This document shows positions 9,820 through 20,973 of a DNA stretch of 64,000 nt, in pieces (position 1 is the stretch's first letter; every line of letters starts with the position of its first letter). This DNA is from an uncultured Spirochaetota bacterium. GTDB lineage: Bacteria > Spirochaetota > Brevinematia > Brevinematales > JAOACQ01. Location of the stretch: NCBI GenBank assembly GCA_963768055.1, contig CAVYGN010000002.1:128001-192000 (forward strand), written 5' to 3'. The notes beneath the pieces are model-generated. The model ran no database searches. It worked only from the letters and a program-made list of their open reading frames with translations, and was not told where the DNA came from. The translations under genes and the position numbers were made by a program.

Positions 9820-10781
9820 CTGGCCGCCCTGTTATCCGCCTGAAGCGGGACCGGTATATTGGCGAGAATTTTTTCGATAATATTTTCAGCCTTGAGATTT
9901 TTCAATTTCGATTCCGAGCGCATGATTATACGGTGCTTGAGAATTTCAACCGCCATGGCCTTTATATCTTCGGGTATGACAAAATCCCTGCCGTTTAAAG
10001 CCGCGAAAGCCTGCGATGCCTTATAAAGGGCTATACTTCCGCGGGGAGAAGAACCAAGTTCAAGATTGGGGTCGTTCCTTGTATTGTTTACAATACTTAC
10101 GATATATTCCCTCAGGGAATTATCGACATGAATATTGTAGATAAGATTCTGGATTTGAATAATATCCCCGGTACTTACGACAGGCGTAAGCGAATAGATG
10201 GGGTGAGTTTTTGCTTGCATCATGATTATCTCTTCCTCTTCCTTGCCGGCCGGGTAACCTATCTTCAGGCTGACAAAAAATCTGTCCATTTGGGCTTCCG
10301 GAAGGGGAAAGGTCCCTTCAAACTCGATGGGGTTTTCTGTGGCGATAACAAAAAAAGGCTCGGGGAGAGGTATAGTCAAACCTTCTATCGAAACCTGCGA
10401 TTCTCCCATCGCTTCCAGCATTGCCGATTGGGTCTTCGGTGTCGCCCGGTTGACCTCGTCGACAAGAACTATCTGGGCGAAAATAGGGCCTTTGCGGTAT
10501 TCGAATTTTTTTGTTTCAGGATTATAGATTGAAACACCTATGATATCCATAGGAAGAAGATCGGGAGTGCCCTGAATTCTTTTAAAGGACGCGTCGATGG
10601 ATTTTGCGATGGACCTGGCAAGCATAGTCTTTCCCAGGCCCGGCACATCTTCAAGAAGTATATGCCCCCTGCAGTAAACTGTCACAAGCGCTTTTTCTAT
10701 TACCGGCCGTTTACCAACAATAACTTTCTCAATATTGGCTATGAGCTTTTCGGAGATGACCTGGATCTCTGAAAGTTCCAT
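9816..10781 (-). CDS. MoxR-family AAA+ ATPase
   Basis: LLEDVPGLGKT, RIQGTPDLLP, DEVNRATPKTQSAMLEAM, GTFPLPEAQMDRF. Confidence 0.95.
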   Translation of the reverse strand: MELSEIQVISEKLIANIEKVIVGKRPVIEKALVTVYCRGHILLEDVPGLGKTMLARSIAKSIDASFKRIQGTPDLLPMDIIGVSIYNPETKKFEYRKGPIFAQIVLVDEVNRATPKTQSAMLEAMGESQVSIEGLTIPLPEPFFVIATENPIEFEGTFPLPEAQMDRFFVSLKIGYPAGKEEEEIIMMQAKTHPIYSLTPVVSTGDIIQIQNLIYNIHVDNSLREYIVSIVNNTRNDPNLELGSSPRGSIALYKASQAFAALNGRDFVIPEDIKAMAVEILKHRIIMRSESKLKNLKAENIIEKILANIPVPLQADNRAAR

Positions 10782-10808
10782 TAGACCCTCCTGAGAGATA
10801 TTTTTCAG

Positions 10809-11054
10809 CTACTCGGTTATATCTTTTTTCATCCTATCGTATTCTTCTTTTGTGATCTCCCCTTTAGCGTATCGCTTTTTCAGTATATCAAGAGCGCTAT
10901 CCTGACGGCTATGATAAATTCCTCCGGCTGAGAAAAGCCTTATAAACAGGAAAACTATCAAGGCCATGAATATTATGCCTATGATCGGCCCTCCGAAGCC
11001 CCACCATCCCATCATGCCCGGCCAGCCATAGTGCCAGTAATTATTCCACATCAT
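10809..11054 (-). CDS. Small membrane protein with SHOCT domain
   Basis: One TM then ALDILKKRYAKGEITKEEY; RBS before ATG 11054. Confidence 0.85.
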   Translation of the reverse strand: MMWNNYWHYGWPGMMGWWGFGGPIIGIIFMALIVFLFIRLFSAGGIYHSRQDSALDILKKRYAKGEITKEEYDRMKKDITE

Positions 11055-11201
11055 ACAATCACCCCCTGTGATTTTGCCTATTATTATAATAATAACATGA
11101 TTTTTAAAAGGCAAAAAACGGGATAAGTTGAAGATAAAGCATTTTTATTGTATACTTTAACTTAATCTACAGTATATATGGTAATAATACAGGGAGAACT
11201 T

Positions 11202-11591
11202 ATGAAAATAAAATCATCGATGATTACGATGGCCACATTCCTGGTGCTGGCCGGGTGCGGGAGTCTTAACGTTGTTCCGGAAAAGGATCTATTGACCTAT
11301 TCCCCTAAAAAGGTTATGGAACTTGGAGCACAAAATTACAGCAACTACAATTTTGACGCGGCACTCTATTACTATAACGAAGTTGAAAAGATTTTCACAA
11401 ACGATGCGCCGGAAAACGTGGACGCTAGGGCATGGGCCTTATATGAAATCGGGTTTATAATGTATGTCCAGGGAAGATACGACGAGGCTGATAAATATTT
11501 TAATCAAGTCCTGACATTCAAACTTGTCAACCAGGCTCCTCTGGTTCTTGCTAACGAAATGAAGGATAAAATAAAAGCAATTAAAAAATAA
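11202..11591 (+). CDS. TPR lipoprotein
   Basis: Lipobox LAGC; TPR-like WALYEIGF..Y..G.Y..A...F; GGGAGA RBS. Confidence 0.75.
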   Translation: MKIKSSMITMATFLVLAGCGSLNVVPEKDLLTYSPKKVMELGAQNYSNYNFDAALYYYNEVEKIFTNDAPENVDARAWALYEIGFIMYVQGRYDEADKYFNQVLTFKLVNQAPLVLANEMKDKIKAIKK

Positions 11592-11630
11592 CCTTATGGG
11601 CTGTTTGCCCGAAGGGAGAAGCGCCCTTTT

Positions 11631-12395
11631 TTACATTGTAAAATCTCTGCCCAGGTAAATACGGCGCGCTTCCTTGTCTTTGATCAGTTCCTCCGACGTA
11701 CCGCTGACAAGGATTTTGCCTTCGTTGATTATATAAGCGCGGTCAGTGATTTTAAGGGTTTCACGTACATTGTGATCCGTGATCAGGATGCCGAGCTGCC
11801 GCTCTTTTTTTAATTGAAGTATTATATTCTGAATATCGGCTATCGCTATCGGATCTATCCCTGTGAAAGGTTCGTCGAGAAGCAGGAAGTCCGGTTTAAT
11901 GGATAATATTCTCGCAACCTCAGTCCTGCGTCTTTCCCCGCCTGACAGCGTATACGCTTTCTGAAATCTTATCTTTTCCAGACCCAGTTCGCTTACAAGG
12001 GAATCTACCATACTTTCGATTTCATCCTTATCCATTCCTTTGAGATCGAGGACGCTCCGAATGTTATCCTCGACGGACAGCTTCCTGAATATGGAATTTT
12101 CCTGGGGAAGGTACCCTATGCCCATAAGGGCCCTTTTAAACATCGGGAAACCGGCGATATTCTCTCCCTTAAGGAAAACCTTTCCTTCGTCAGGCCTGAT
12201 AAGTCCTACTATCATGTAAAACGTCGTTGTCTTTCCCGCGCCGTTGGGCCCAAGGAGGCCGACTATCTCACCCTGTTTGATATGAAATGAAACATCATTG
12301 ACCACTCTTCTTTTTTTATAAACCTTGACAAGGTTTTCTGCCGTTATACCCGTGGCTATATATTTTGCAGCATCCTCAGCCTGGAAAACTTTCAT
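11631..12395 (-). CDS. lptB: LPS export ABC ATPase
   Basis: GPNGAGKTTTFYM, GYLPQE.SIFRKL, LSGGERRR, DEPFTGIDP, ITDHNVRETL. Confidence 0.93.
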   Translation of the reverse strand: MKVFQAEDAAKYIATGITAENLVKVYKKRRVVNDVSFHIKQGEIVGLLGPNGAGKTTTFYMIVGLIRPDEGKVFLKGENIAGFPMFKRALMGIGYLPQENSIFRKLSVEDNIRSVLDLKGMDKDEIESMVDSLVSELGLEKIRFQKAYTLSGGERRRTEVARILSIKPDFLLLDEPFTGIDPIAIADIQNIILQLKKERQLGILITDHNVRETLKITDRAYIINEGKILVSGTSEELIKDKEARRIYLGRDFTM

Positions 12396-12398
12396 ACT

Positions 12399-13247
12399 CT
12401 ACCCCACGGTATACCGGATAATGCTCGATATAGTGTTTTTCAAATCCTTTCTCTCCGACACAATATCGAGGAAGCCATGATCAAGTAAAAATTCGGCGCG
12501 CTGGAAACCCTCGGGGAGTTTCTGCTTTATTGTCCCCTCGATCACCCTGGCCCCCGCAAAACCGATGAGAGCGTTTTTCTCGGCAATGTTGAAATCGCCA
12601 AGCATGGCAAATGACGCCATGACTCCGGCAGTAGTGGGATCGGTAAGGACAGATATGAAAAGCCCCCCGTTTTGCGATAGCCTTTTCAGGGCGGCTGAAG
12701 TTTTTACCATCTGCATCAGGGATAAAATCCCCTCATACATCCGGGCACCCCCGGAAGCGGCGACTATGACAAGCGGCCTTCTGTTTGACAAGGCCGATTC
12801 TATAGCCAGCGTGATTTTCTCGCCGACGACAAATCCCATGCTTCCGCCTAAAAAGGCAAAATCCATTACCGCTATGTCGATCAATCGGCCGTTTAGTTTA
12901 CCATAGCCGGTGATCACGGCCTCCTTCAGCTTTGTCTTTTCCATCTGTTTCTTTATCTTATCCCTATACGATGTATCGCCGTCATGAAAGTTGAGGGGAT
13001 CGCTCGATATAAGTTTTGCATTTGTTTCAACGAATGTTCCTGCATCGATCAGGGTCTGTATACGCTCCATTGCTGAGAGCTTGTCATGATAACCGCAATG
13101 GGGGCAGACATGAAAGTTCTCCTCCCATTCCTTATTGTATATTATAGCGCTGCAGCTTACACATTTTCTCCATAACCCCGCATTGATCTTTGCATGCAGA
13201 TTTTTTTTAACGATATATTTCGGTTTTTCAAACCAGGCCATAAGCAT
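12399..13247 (-). CDS. accD: Acetyl-CoA carboxylase carboxyltransferase beta subunit
   Basis: LWRKC..C zinc finger, FLGGSMG, SGGARM.EG, FAGARVIE. Confidence 0.95.
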   Translation of the reverse strand: MLMAWFEKPKYIVKKNLHAKINAGLWRKCVSCSAIIYNKEWEENFHVCPHCGYHDKLSAMERIQTLIDAGTFVETNAKLISSDPLNFHDGDTSYRDKIKKQMEKTKLKEAVITGYGKLNGRLIDIAVMDFAFLGGSMGFVVGEKITLAIESALSNRRPLVIVAASGGARMYEGILSLMQMVKTSAALKRLSQNGGLFISVLTDPTTAGVMASFAMLGDFNIAEKNALIGFAGARVIEGTIKQKLPEGFQRAEFLLDHGFLDIVSERKDLKNTISSIIRYTVG

Positions 13248-13265
13248 TTATCTCCCGGAGTAAGA

Positions 13266-14759
13266 TTATTTTTCTTCCCTGTAAACTTTAAAAGGTTTTT
13301 TATACTTATCGTAATCCTGGAGGACATTCAAAGCTTTCACAAGCTGATTATCATCCGACAGATCATAAACCGGAGGGATGGAATTCTCCGTTTTTTTCAT
13401 CCCGATCAGGTAGTTCAGGGATTTTTCACTGACATTGAAGCCTTTCGCAAGAAGTTCCTTCCTGAAACCCTTCAATTTTTCATCGGTAATATCGCCATTT
13501 TTAGACATAAAATCTTTAATAATATTTGTGTTCTCTAATTTTACGATTGCTGTTTTTTCATCGTCCCCGAGGGTTTCGTACCATAATTTTTCCGTGACAT
13601 TGGGAGTAAGCCCGATTTTATCTATACATATACCGGAAGGCGTATAATACCTCGCCACAGTATATTTAATCGTGGAACCGTCATCAGGGAATGTATAAGT
13701 TTTCTGGACCGACCCCTTCCCGAAGCTTTTCATTCCTACAAGGACTCCCCTGCCGGTGTCCTGCATCGCTCCTGCAAATATTTCGCTTGCGCTCGCGCTT
13801 CCCTGGTTGATTAATACGACCAGGGGCAGTTCCTTCGGTACGAATGTCAAATCTTTCTTCGCTGAGAATTCCTGATTGTTATCAGACACCCTGCCGCGGG
13901 TATATACGATGATCCCTTCATCTAAAAAGTAATTTACACAGTCTGCCACTACATTTAAGAGGCCGCCCGGGTTATTTCTCAGGTCAACGATGATTCCCGC
14001 GGGATTCTTCGCCAGTTCATCTTTTAGCTGTTTTTTAAATTCGTCGGCTGTCGGCACGCTGAATTCAAGCATCTTTATATATCCGTATTTTCTCTTTCCG
14101 AAATCAATGTAGTCGGACTTTACTGTTTTAAGCTTTATCTCCTCCCTCGTCATAGTGACTTTGAAGGGTTCCTCCACTCCCTCCCTCTGGAGAGTAATTG
14201 TCAATTTTGTGCCGATATTACCGCGAAGCTTGTCTACCGCGTCCTTGACCAATATTCCTTTTGTCGATACGCCTTCTATTTCAATAATTTTATCCCCGGG
14301 TTTTATACCTGCCCGCCAGGCCGGAGTATCTTCCATAGGGGAAACAACAGTCAGTTCTCCGTCCTTCATATCGATTTGAAGTCCAAGCCCTCCGAAACTC
14401 CCGGTAACATCAATGCTGAATTCCTTGGCAGTGGTGGGATCCATGAACATTGAATAAGGATCGTTAAGGTTTTCCATCATGCCTTTCAAAGCCCCATACC
14501 ACAGATTGCTGGAGCTGACCATTTTCTCATCATAAAATTCTTTTTTTATAACATTGTAGCTTTCTGAAAACATCCTGTAATATTTGAAATAACTATTCTC
14601 ATCGATGGTAAGAGAATTCTGGAGAGTATTCGTTCCGTAAGTATCTGCATATATTATATTCGAAGTAAGGAAAAGCTTGTTTAAAGTCAAAAGCCCGATA
14701 CCGAATATAGAACCCGAAATAAAAATAAGCAGAATATAGATCTTTTTTATCTGATTCAT
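13266..14759 (-). CDS. S41-family C-terminal protease (CtpA-like)
   Basis: DPYS, PDZ GGLGL, DLRNNPGG, SASASEIFAG, SFGKGSVQ. Confidence 0.92.
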   Translation of the reverse strand: MNQIKKIYILLIFISGSIFGIGLLTLNKLFLTSNIIYADTYGTNTLQNSLTIDENSYFKYYRMFSESYNVIKKEFYDEKMVSSSNLWYGALKGMMENLNDPYSMFMDPTTAKEFSIDVTGSFGGLGLQIDMKDGELTVVSPMEDTPAWRAGIKPGDKIIEIEGVSTKGILVKDAVDKLRGNIGTKLTITLQREGVEEPFKVTMTREEIKLKTVKSDYIDFGKRKYGYIKMLEFSVPTADEFKKQLKDELAKNPAGIIVDLRNNPGGLLNVVADCVNYFLDEGIIVYTRGRVSDNNQEFSAKKDLTFVPKELPLVVLINQGSASASEIFAGAMQDTGRGVLVGMKSFGKGSVQKTYTFPDDGSTIKYTVARYYTPSGICIDKIGLTPNVTEKLWYETLGDDEKTAIVKLENTNIIKDFMSKNGDITDEKLKGFRKELLAKGFNVSEKSLNYLIGMKKTENSIPPVYDLSDDNQLVKALNVLQDYDKYKKPFKVYREEK

Positions 14760-15019
14760 GTCAATAACCTCTCTTTAACATAGGCAGAATACAACTTAGG
14801 GCACTTTTATATTATATTTTATTATCATTTTATCTACAATAAAAACTTCGGAAAGATTTCCGGTACCGGGGCTATACTTTTCAGCCTAAAACTTTCAAAA
14901 AAGCAAATAATATGATATTCTTAATGGTCAGACCTGCGGGATAATACATTAATGATAATTGTTTTGCAAATATCGGCGGTTATTCCGGACAATAAAAAGA
15001 ATAAAGGAGTCATTAATAT

Positions 15020-17698
15020 ATGGATCTCTTGAGAAAATTAATAAATCTGATTTTCGGTACAAAACAGCAAAGAGACGCTAAAAAAATGATCCCCATAGTC
15101 CAGGCGGTTAGTGAACTTGAAAATGAAATTTCAGCCCTTTCCAACGACAAGCTGATTGAAAAAACAGCCGATTTCAAAGCCAGGATCCTAAATAACGAAC
15201 CTCTTACAGATATTCTTCCCGAGGCTTATGCCGTAGTTCGCGAAGCATCTAAAAGAACTATCGGAATGAGACATTTCGATGTCCAGATAATGGGCGGTAT
15301 TTCATTGAACAACAACATGATCGCAGAGATGAAAACCGGCGAAGGCAAGACGCTTGTCGCTACCCTGCCTTTATACCTGAACGGACTAACGGGCAAAGGC
15401 TGCCACCTTATCACGGTAAACGATTACCTTGCCAAGAGGGACGCCCTATGGATGGGACCGATTTTCAAATTCCTGGGCCTTTCGGTAGGAGTCATAAACC
15501 ATGAAAAGTCCTACAAAGTGGAATGGTCGGATATTTCTGCATATAAGGTGCAGGTTTTTGAATGTTCCAGGCAGGAAGCTTACCGCGCTGACATAACGTA
15601 CGGCACGAATAACGAGTTCGGTTTCGATTATTTGAGAGATAACATGGTCTTCTCTTTCCAGCAGAAAGTTCAAAGAAAGCATTATTACGCAATAGTCGAT
15701 GAAGTGGATTCGATCCTGATTGACGAGGCGAGGACGCCTCTCATAATTTCGGGCCCTTCCGAAGAAGCTACCGATTTATATTACAAGATAGATAAATTCA
15801 TTCCAAGACTTACTGAAGCGGAGAAGAACGAAAAAAAGGAGCCGATCGAGGGTACGGGAGATTACGCGGTTGATGAAAAAGATAAAACCGCAGTCCTTAC
15901 CGAAATGGGAATCGAGAAAATTGAGAAGCTTCTTGGCATGAAAGATCTTTATTCGCCGAAAAACAGCATGATCGTTCATCATGTGATCGCGGGGATCAGG
16001 GCTCACAAACTGTACCAGAGGGATGTCGCTTATGTTGTGGAAAACAACGAAGTAGTTATCGTCGACGAATTTACAGGCAGAAAGATGCCGGGCAGGCGCT
16101 GGTCGGATGGACTTCACCAGGCCATAGAAGCTAAAGAAAGGGTCCAGATCAAGCAGGAATTCCAGACCCTGGCGACAATTACATTCCAAAATTATTTCAG
16201 GATGTACGAAAAGCTGGCCGGCATGACCGGTACGGCAGAAACCGAGGCGCAGGAATTTTACGCAATATATAAGCTGGATGTTGCCGTAATACCGACGAAC
16301 ATGCCGGTTGTGCGTACGGATAATGCAGACAAGATCTTCCTGAACGAAAACGCAAAATACAAAGCCATAATCCGGGATGTAGAAGAGAAGCATAAAAAAG
16401 GCCAGCCGATACTTCTCGGCACTATCTCGGTTGAAAAATCCGAAAAAATTTCAAGGCTTCTTGAACAGAAGAGAATCCGTCATAACGTTCTCAACGCTAA
16501 GTTCCATGAAAAAGAGGCCGAGATTATCGCTAACGCCGGTTTAAATGGGGCGGTAACTATAGCAACGAACATGGCCGGGCGAGGGACGGACATCAAACTT
16601 GGGGAGGGAGTCGTCGGACTCGGCGGGCTGCATGTTATTGGAAGCGAGCGTCATGAAGCGAGAAGAATCGATAATCAACTCCGCGGACGTACCGGACGAC
16701 AGGGCGATCCGGGTTCATCCCAGTTTTATGTGTCCCTTCAGGACGATCTTATGCGCATTTTCGGCATGGATAACCAGATGGGCCTCATGAAAAGTTTCGG
16801 TTTCAGCGAAGAAGATGAAATACAGAACAGGATGATATCCAGGGCGATCGAAGGGGCGCAGAAACGGGTCGAGGGCAGGAACTTTGAAATCCGGAAAAAC
16901 CTCCTCGAGTATGACAATGTCATGAATGAGCAACGATCGTATATTTATTCCATCAGGGATAAAATCATGGATGTGGCTAACAATTATTCCGTTATTGACG
17001 AACTTAACCGCACAATCGTAGAAGATTACGTAATAAATTTTGAGAAGCCGCAGAGGCCCGAGACCTGGAACAGGGAAGAATTGGATAAATGGTTTAAACA
17101 CCACTTCTTTACAGGGCTCGATCTTGATTTTTCAAAAGACGACCAGGGAACAGCCATTTCCAGAATTTGCGCAAAGATCAAAGGGCAGGTATGGGACCGG
17201 CTTTCGAACGTTCCGGAAGAGATAAGGGCTGAGGGATTCAAGTATGTGGTCCTGAATTCCCTCGATACTCAATGGAAACAGCATTTGAGAAATATCGATT
17301 CCCTGCAGGAGGGAATAGGACTTCGCGGTTATGCACAAAAAAACCCGATCGTTGAATACAAACTTGAAGCATACGATCTCTTCAGGGCTATGCGGTCCGG
17401 GTTCATGCTTGAGGCTTTTTCACTCATGTCCAGACTCGAGATCCATACAACCCTTGACACCGAAAGGGAAGAGGAAGTCTCCATTCCTACGCAAACAGTC
17501 CATAGCGAATACGATCAGTTCGGTTCTGTCAAAGGCGGTCAGGCCGCTCAAGTTTCCGATAAACCGCAGCCTTACAAGAGGAATGTAAAACTGGGAAGAA
17601 ACGATCCCTGCTGGTGCGGAAGCGGCAAAAAATATAAGTTTTGCCATATGGATGAGGATATGAGAAAAGAAAGGCATGCAATGTCAGCTAGAATGTAA
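15020..17698 (+). CDS. secA: Preprotein translocase ATPase SecA
   Basis: MKTGEGKT, DEVDSILIDEARTPLIISG, ATNMAGRGTDI, SEC-C motif RNDPCWCGSGKKYKFCH. Confidence 0.99.
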   Translation: MDLLRKLINLIFGTKQQRDAKKMIPIVQAVSELENEISALSNDKLIEKTADFKARILNNEPLTDILPEAYAVVREASKRTIGMRHFDVQIMGGISLNNNMIAEMKTGEGKTLVATLPLYLNGLTGKGCHLITVNDYLAKRDALWMGPIFKFLGLSVGVINHEKSYKVEWSDISAYKVQVFECSRQEAYRADITYGTNNEFGFDYLRDNMVFSFQQKVQRKHYYAIVDEVDSILIDEARTPLIISGPSEEATDLYYKIDKFIPRLTEAEKNEKKEPIEGTGDYAVDEKDKTAVLTEMGIEKIEKLLGMKDLYSPKNSMIVHHVIAGIRAHKLYQRDVAYVVENNEVVIVDEFTGRKMPGRRWSDGLHQAIEAKERVQIKQEFQTLATITFQNYFRMYEKLAGMTGTAETEAQEFYAIYKLDVAVIPTNMPVVRTDNADKIFLNENAKYKAIIRDVEEKHKKGQPILLGTISVEKSEKISRLLEQKRIRHNVLNAKFHEKEAEIIANAGLNGAVTIATNMAGRGTDIKLGEGVVGLGGLHVIGSERHEARRIDNQLRGRTGRQGDPGSSQFYVSLQDDLMRIFGMDNQMGLMKSFGFSEEDEIQNRMISRAIEGAQKRVEGRNFEIRKNLLEYDNVMNEQRSYIYSIRDKIMDVANNYSVIDELNRTIVEDYVINFEKPQRPETWNREELDKWFKHHFFTGLDLDFSKDDQGTAISRICAKIKGQVWDRLSNVPEEIRAEGFKYVVLNSLDTQWKQHLRNIDSLQEGIGLRGYAQKNPIVEYKLEAYDLFRAMRSGFMLEAFSLMSRLEIHTTLDTEREEEVSIPTQTVHSEYDQFGSVKGGQAAQVSDKPQPYKRNVKLGRNDPCWCGSGKKYKFCHMDEDMRKERHAMSARM

Positions 17699-17721
17699 TT
17701 ATCTCACAGGAGAGGGTTTTT

Positions 17722-18738
17722 ATGGATTACAAATCGGCTGGTGTGGATATCAACATGGCTGATTCTTTAATCAAGGATGTTGGGCATTTTGCTTCGCTTT
17801 CATATCAAAAAGGCGTCCTTGGCGGTGTCGGCGGGTTCGGGGCCCTTTTTGAAATTAAAAGATATAAAAATCCTGTGATAGTTTCCTCAACCGACGGCGT
17901 GGGAACCAAAATACTTCTTGCCCACAGGATGAAAAAATACTCGGGCCTTGGTTACGACCTGGCGGCAATGAGCATAGACGACGTGGTTTGTACCGGGGCA
18001 AAACCTTTGTTTTTCCTGGATTATATAGCAGTCGGCAGGCTGGATAAATCCGTATATCTTACTATTATTGAAAGTATTTCAAAGGCATGCAATTACTGCG
18101 ACTGCTCGCTGATCGGCGGGGAAACCGCCGAATTGCCGGGAATGTACCCCGAAGAAGAATTCGATCTTGCCGGTTTCTGTGTAGGTGTAATGGAAAAAAA
18201 AGATATAATCCGGCCTGAAAATATTAAAGAAGGAGACCGGGTTATAGGACTGGCGTCTTCCGGTTTTCATTCAAACGGATTTTCCCTTGTAAGGAAAGTG
18301 ATTGAAATAAAAAACCTCGATTTGAATAATAATTATGGATTCGGGGTTCTGGGAAATATTCTCCTGACGCCAAGCGAAATTTACTCCCCGGTAATTTTCA
18401 AGGCCTTATCTCTTTTCAAGAAAGCGATCAAAGGGATCGCTCACATTACAGGCGGAGGCATCGAGGGTAATCTCAACAGGGTACTGCCGAAGGGCCTTAA
18501 CGCTGTGATAAACAAACAATGCTGGAAAATCCCTGAAGCTATACAGTTCATCATAAGCCGCGGAGAGATCGATGAAAAAGAAGCTTTCAAAGCTTTCAAT
18601 ATGGGCATCGGAATGGCCTTAGTAACGAATGATTCAAAAAAAGACGAAATTCTTGAATTTTTCAATAAGAACAGTTACAAATCATATGAAATCGGAAGTA
18701 TCGAGAAGGGAACAGGTATTGTAAGGTTCATTCCATAG
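17722..18738 (+). CDS. purM: Phosphoribosylformylglycinamidine cyclo-ligase
   Basis: YKSAGVDI, TDGVGTK, GGETAELPG, HSNGFSL, AHITGGG. Confidence 0.97.
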   Translation: MDYKSAGVDINMADSLIKDVGHFASLSYQKGVLGGVGGFGALFEIKRYKNPVIVSSTDGVGTKILLAHRMKKYSGLGYDLAAMSIDDVVCTGAKPLFFLDYIAVGRLDKSVYLTIIESISKACNYCDCSLIGGETAELPGMYPEEEFDLAGFCVGVMEKKDIIRPENIKEGDRVIGLASSGFHSNGFSLVRKVIEIKNLDLNNNYGFGVLGNILLTPSEIYSPVIFKALSLFKKAIKGIAHITGGGIEGNLNRVLPKGLNAVINKQCWKIPEAIQFIISRGEIDEKEAFKAFNMGIGMALVTNDSKKDEILEFFNKNSYKSYEIGSIEKGTGIVRFIP

Positions 18739-18746
18739 AGGAATCA

Positions 18747-20915
18747 ATGACGGTTTCTTATATTTTCATGATTTCCGCAGCATGCCTCTTAGCAGCTATG
18801 GCTGTTGAAAGCCTGTTAAGAAGCATGAATATTCTTAACGCAGCAGCTTCCCTTCTGCTTTTTTTATCTACGTTGATAACGCTTTGCATCGGGCTTTCCG
18901 ATTATTTCGCAATTCTGGACTATCAGAATATCACCCTGCTGACGATTAAAATACGATACGCTTCGATTCCACTGGCAGGTTACGCTTTTTTTTTGTTTTC
19001 CATTAATTTTCCAAGGGGCCTTTATTCGGGAAAACTCGCTCCGTCAGGCTGGGTTGTTCTGGCATTGTCCGCCGCATTCGCCGCGGCGTCGTTAACAGGG
19101 CTCTCGATCAGCCATTACAGCCATCTCACCTATCCTCAGGAATTCAACAGTAAAGTATTCGAGTCGAATATCACCTTTAATTTCATTCATTACGCAGGAT
19201 TGTATTATTCTATTTTTCTATTCGCTTTTTCATTAATATTAATCATTTTTAAATACGGGAAATCCCAGCTTATATACCAGAGGAAGCAGATCCGTTATTT
19301 TTTGAGCGGTTTATTATTTTTTGCAATCATACAGGCTTTTCTCCGTCTTTTCGGCGGGGCCCTGCCGCCAGTTGTTATTAATTCGGCGAGCGCTTTATCT
19401 TTCATAACCGCCGGCGGAATGCTGCTGTATTCTATAATAGTTTATCGTTTTAATAATTTGAGAAACAGGTTAATAATCCTGTTTCAGAACCTGCTGATAG
19501 GTTTCATTGTCTCGATTCCTATAATAATTCTTCTGTATATTTTCAGGATATGGCTTTTAAATGTAACAGTTTATTATTTTTTCATAATAATGGTTCCTGC
19601 ATTTGTAGCGTTTTTCTGGCTTTATGGGTTAACCTGCAACCTTATCAGGAAAATATTTCAAATAAATTATATGAACTCCGATATGACGGAAATATTTCTA
19701 GATAAGATCGGAAAATCATATACTATAACAGAACTCGCCAGAAACACAATCAACGCGCTTACCGACAATATCAATTGCAGGAACTCGGATTTCCTGCTTT
19801 TTGACAGGGAAAAGGATATTTTTAAGGTGCTTTATTCTTCAAACAATAGTGAATACAGCATTTCCGCGATCGAACCGTTTTTCAGGCATGTCAATGATAA
19901 GTTCGATATCTATGACAGGGAACAAATCAACTTCGACCCCAGGTTCGCCGGGATTAAAGACAGCGCTGAAAGGTATTTTAAAAAACATGAAGCCTCCCTT
20001 TTAGTCCCTTTTTATTATGATAATGTTCTAATAGCGCTTCTTCCTATCGCCGGAAAAATCGACAATACCTCTTATGTAAGCGGGGAACTCTCGCTCATAA
20101 TAAAGTTGAAGAAAATAGCTCAAATCGTTCTTCATAATATAATCCTTTTCGATAAGGAAGAGGAAGCTAAATTGACTAAAAGGGATCTTACCCTGGCTTC
20201 CAATATACAGGATGCTATTTTTCAAAACATTATTCCGGCCTTTACCAATATTGATGTTTACGCCTTTCAGAAACCAGCCAGGGGTGTCAGCGGAGACTAT
20301 TTCCTGATTGAAAAGGCATCGAATGATTCACTTGGAGTCCTTATAGCCGATGTTTCCGGAAAAGGATTTTCAGCGGCCCTCGTTTCAATGATAATCCATA
20401 CCATCACTAAGAGCCAGGAATTCTCTTCAACAAGTACAAATGCCATTGTTTCAAAGATCAATGATGTAATGACTTCAAGTCAGAATTATAACCGTATTAC
20501 CAAAACAATGAGCTTCGCAACGGTTTTTTGCGGATTTTTCGACAACTATTTAAAGACATTGTTCTACACTAACGCGGGTCATTACCCAATAATAGTCTAT
20601 GACAGGAGTTCGAAAATATTCGACTTTGTAAAGGCAAACGGAAAACCCGTCGGTATTTTCCCGGAGGAAACTTATCTTTCGAAGAGTTATCATTACGAAG
20701 GAGAAAAAATATTCGTCCTTTATTCCGATGGAATTACCGAAGCTATAAATTCTGCCGAAGAAGAATTCGGGCAGGAGAGATTGCTTGAAATGATCAGAAA
20801 GAACGATGAAAAAACCAGCCGTGAAATTATCAATGAAATAATACAGGCGGTTGAAAATCATGCAGACTCTGTCGAAAATCTTGACGACATGACTTTGATT
20901 GTCATTAAGTTATAG
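18747..20915 (+). CDS. Membrane-anchored SpoIIE/PP2C phosphatase
   Basis: N-terminal TMs; VSGDYF, IADVSGKG, YSDGITEA, DDMTL. Confidence 0.9.
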   Translation: MTVSYIFMISAACLLAAMAVESLLRSMNILNAAASLLLFLSTLITLCIGLSDYFAILDYQNITLLTIKIRYASIPLAGYAFFLFSINFPRGLYSGKLAPSGWVVLALSAAFAAASLTGLSISHYSHLTYPQEFNSKVFESNITFNFIHYAGLYYSIFLFAFSLILIIFKYGKSQLIYQRKQIRYFLSGLLFFAIIQAFLRLFGGALPPVVINSASALSFITAGGMLLYSIIVYRFNNLRNRLIILFQNLLIGFIVSIPIIILLYIFRIWLLNVTVYYFFIIMVPAFVAFFWLYGLTCNLIRKIFQINYMNSDMTEIFLDKIGKSYTITELARNTINALTDNINCRNSDFLLFDREKDIFKVLYSSNNSEYSISAIEPFFRHVNDKFDIYDREQINFDPRFAGIKDSAERYFKKHEASLLVPFYYDNVLIALLPIAGKIDNTSYVSGELSLIIKLKKIAQIVLHNIILFDKEEEAKLTKRDLTLASNIQDAIFQNIIPAFTNIDVYAFQKPARGVSGDYFLIEKASNDSLGVLIADVSGKGFSAALVSMIIHTITKSQEFSSTSTNAIVSKINDVMTSSQNYNRITKTMSFATVFCGFFDNYLKTLFYTNAGHYPIIVYDRSSKIFDFVKANGKPVGIFPEETYLSKSYHYEGEKIFVLYSDGITEAINSAEEEFGQERLLEMIRKNDEKTSREIINEIIQAVENHADSVENLDDMTLIVIKL

Positions 20916-20973
20916 AATTTGAAATCCGAAAATCAAAGTAGCGTCTCATGTTCCGGATATTAGAGGAGGCATT

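Noticed and set aside
3195..14759. Two S41 proteases within 12 kb
   Set aside because: They belong to different common subfamilies (Prc and CtpA); no sign of a shared system.
15776..16393. Long antisense ORFs over secA, lepA, the SDR and others
   Set aside because: Shadow frames of well-supported genes with no independent motifs.
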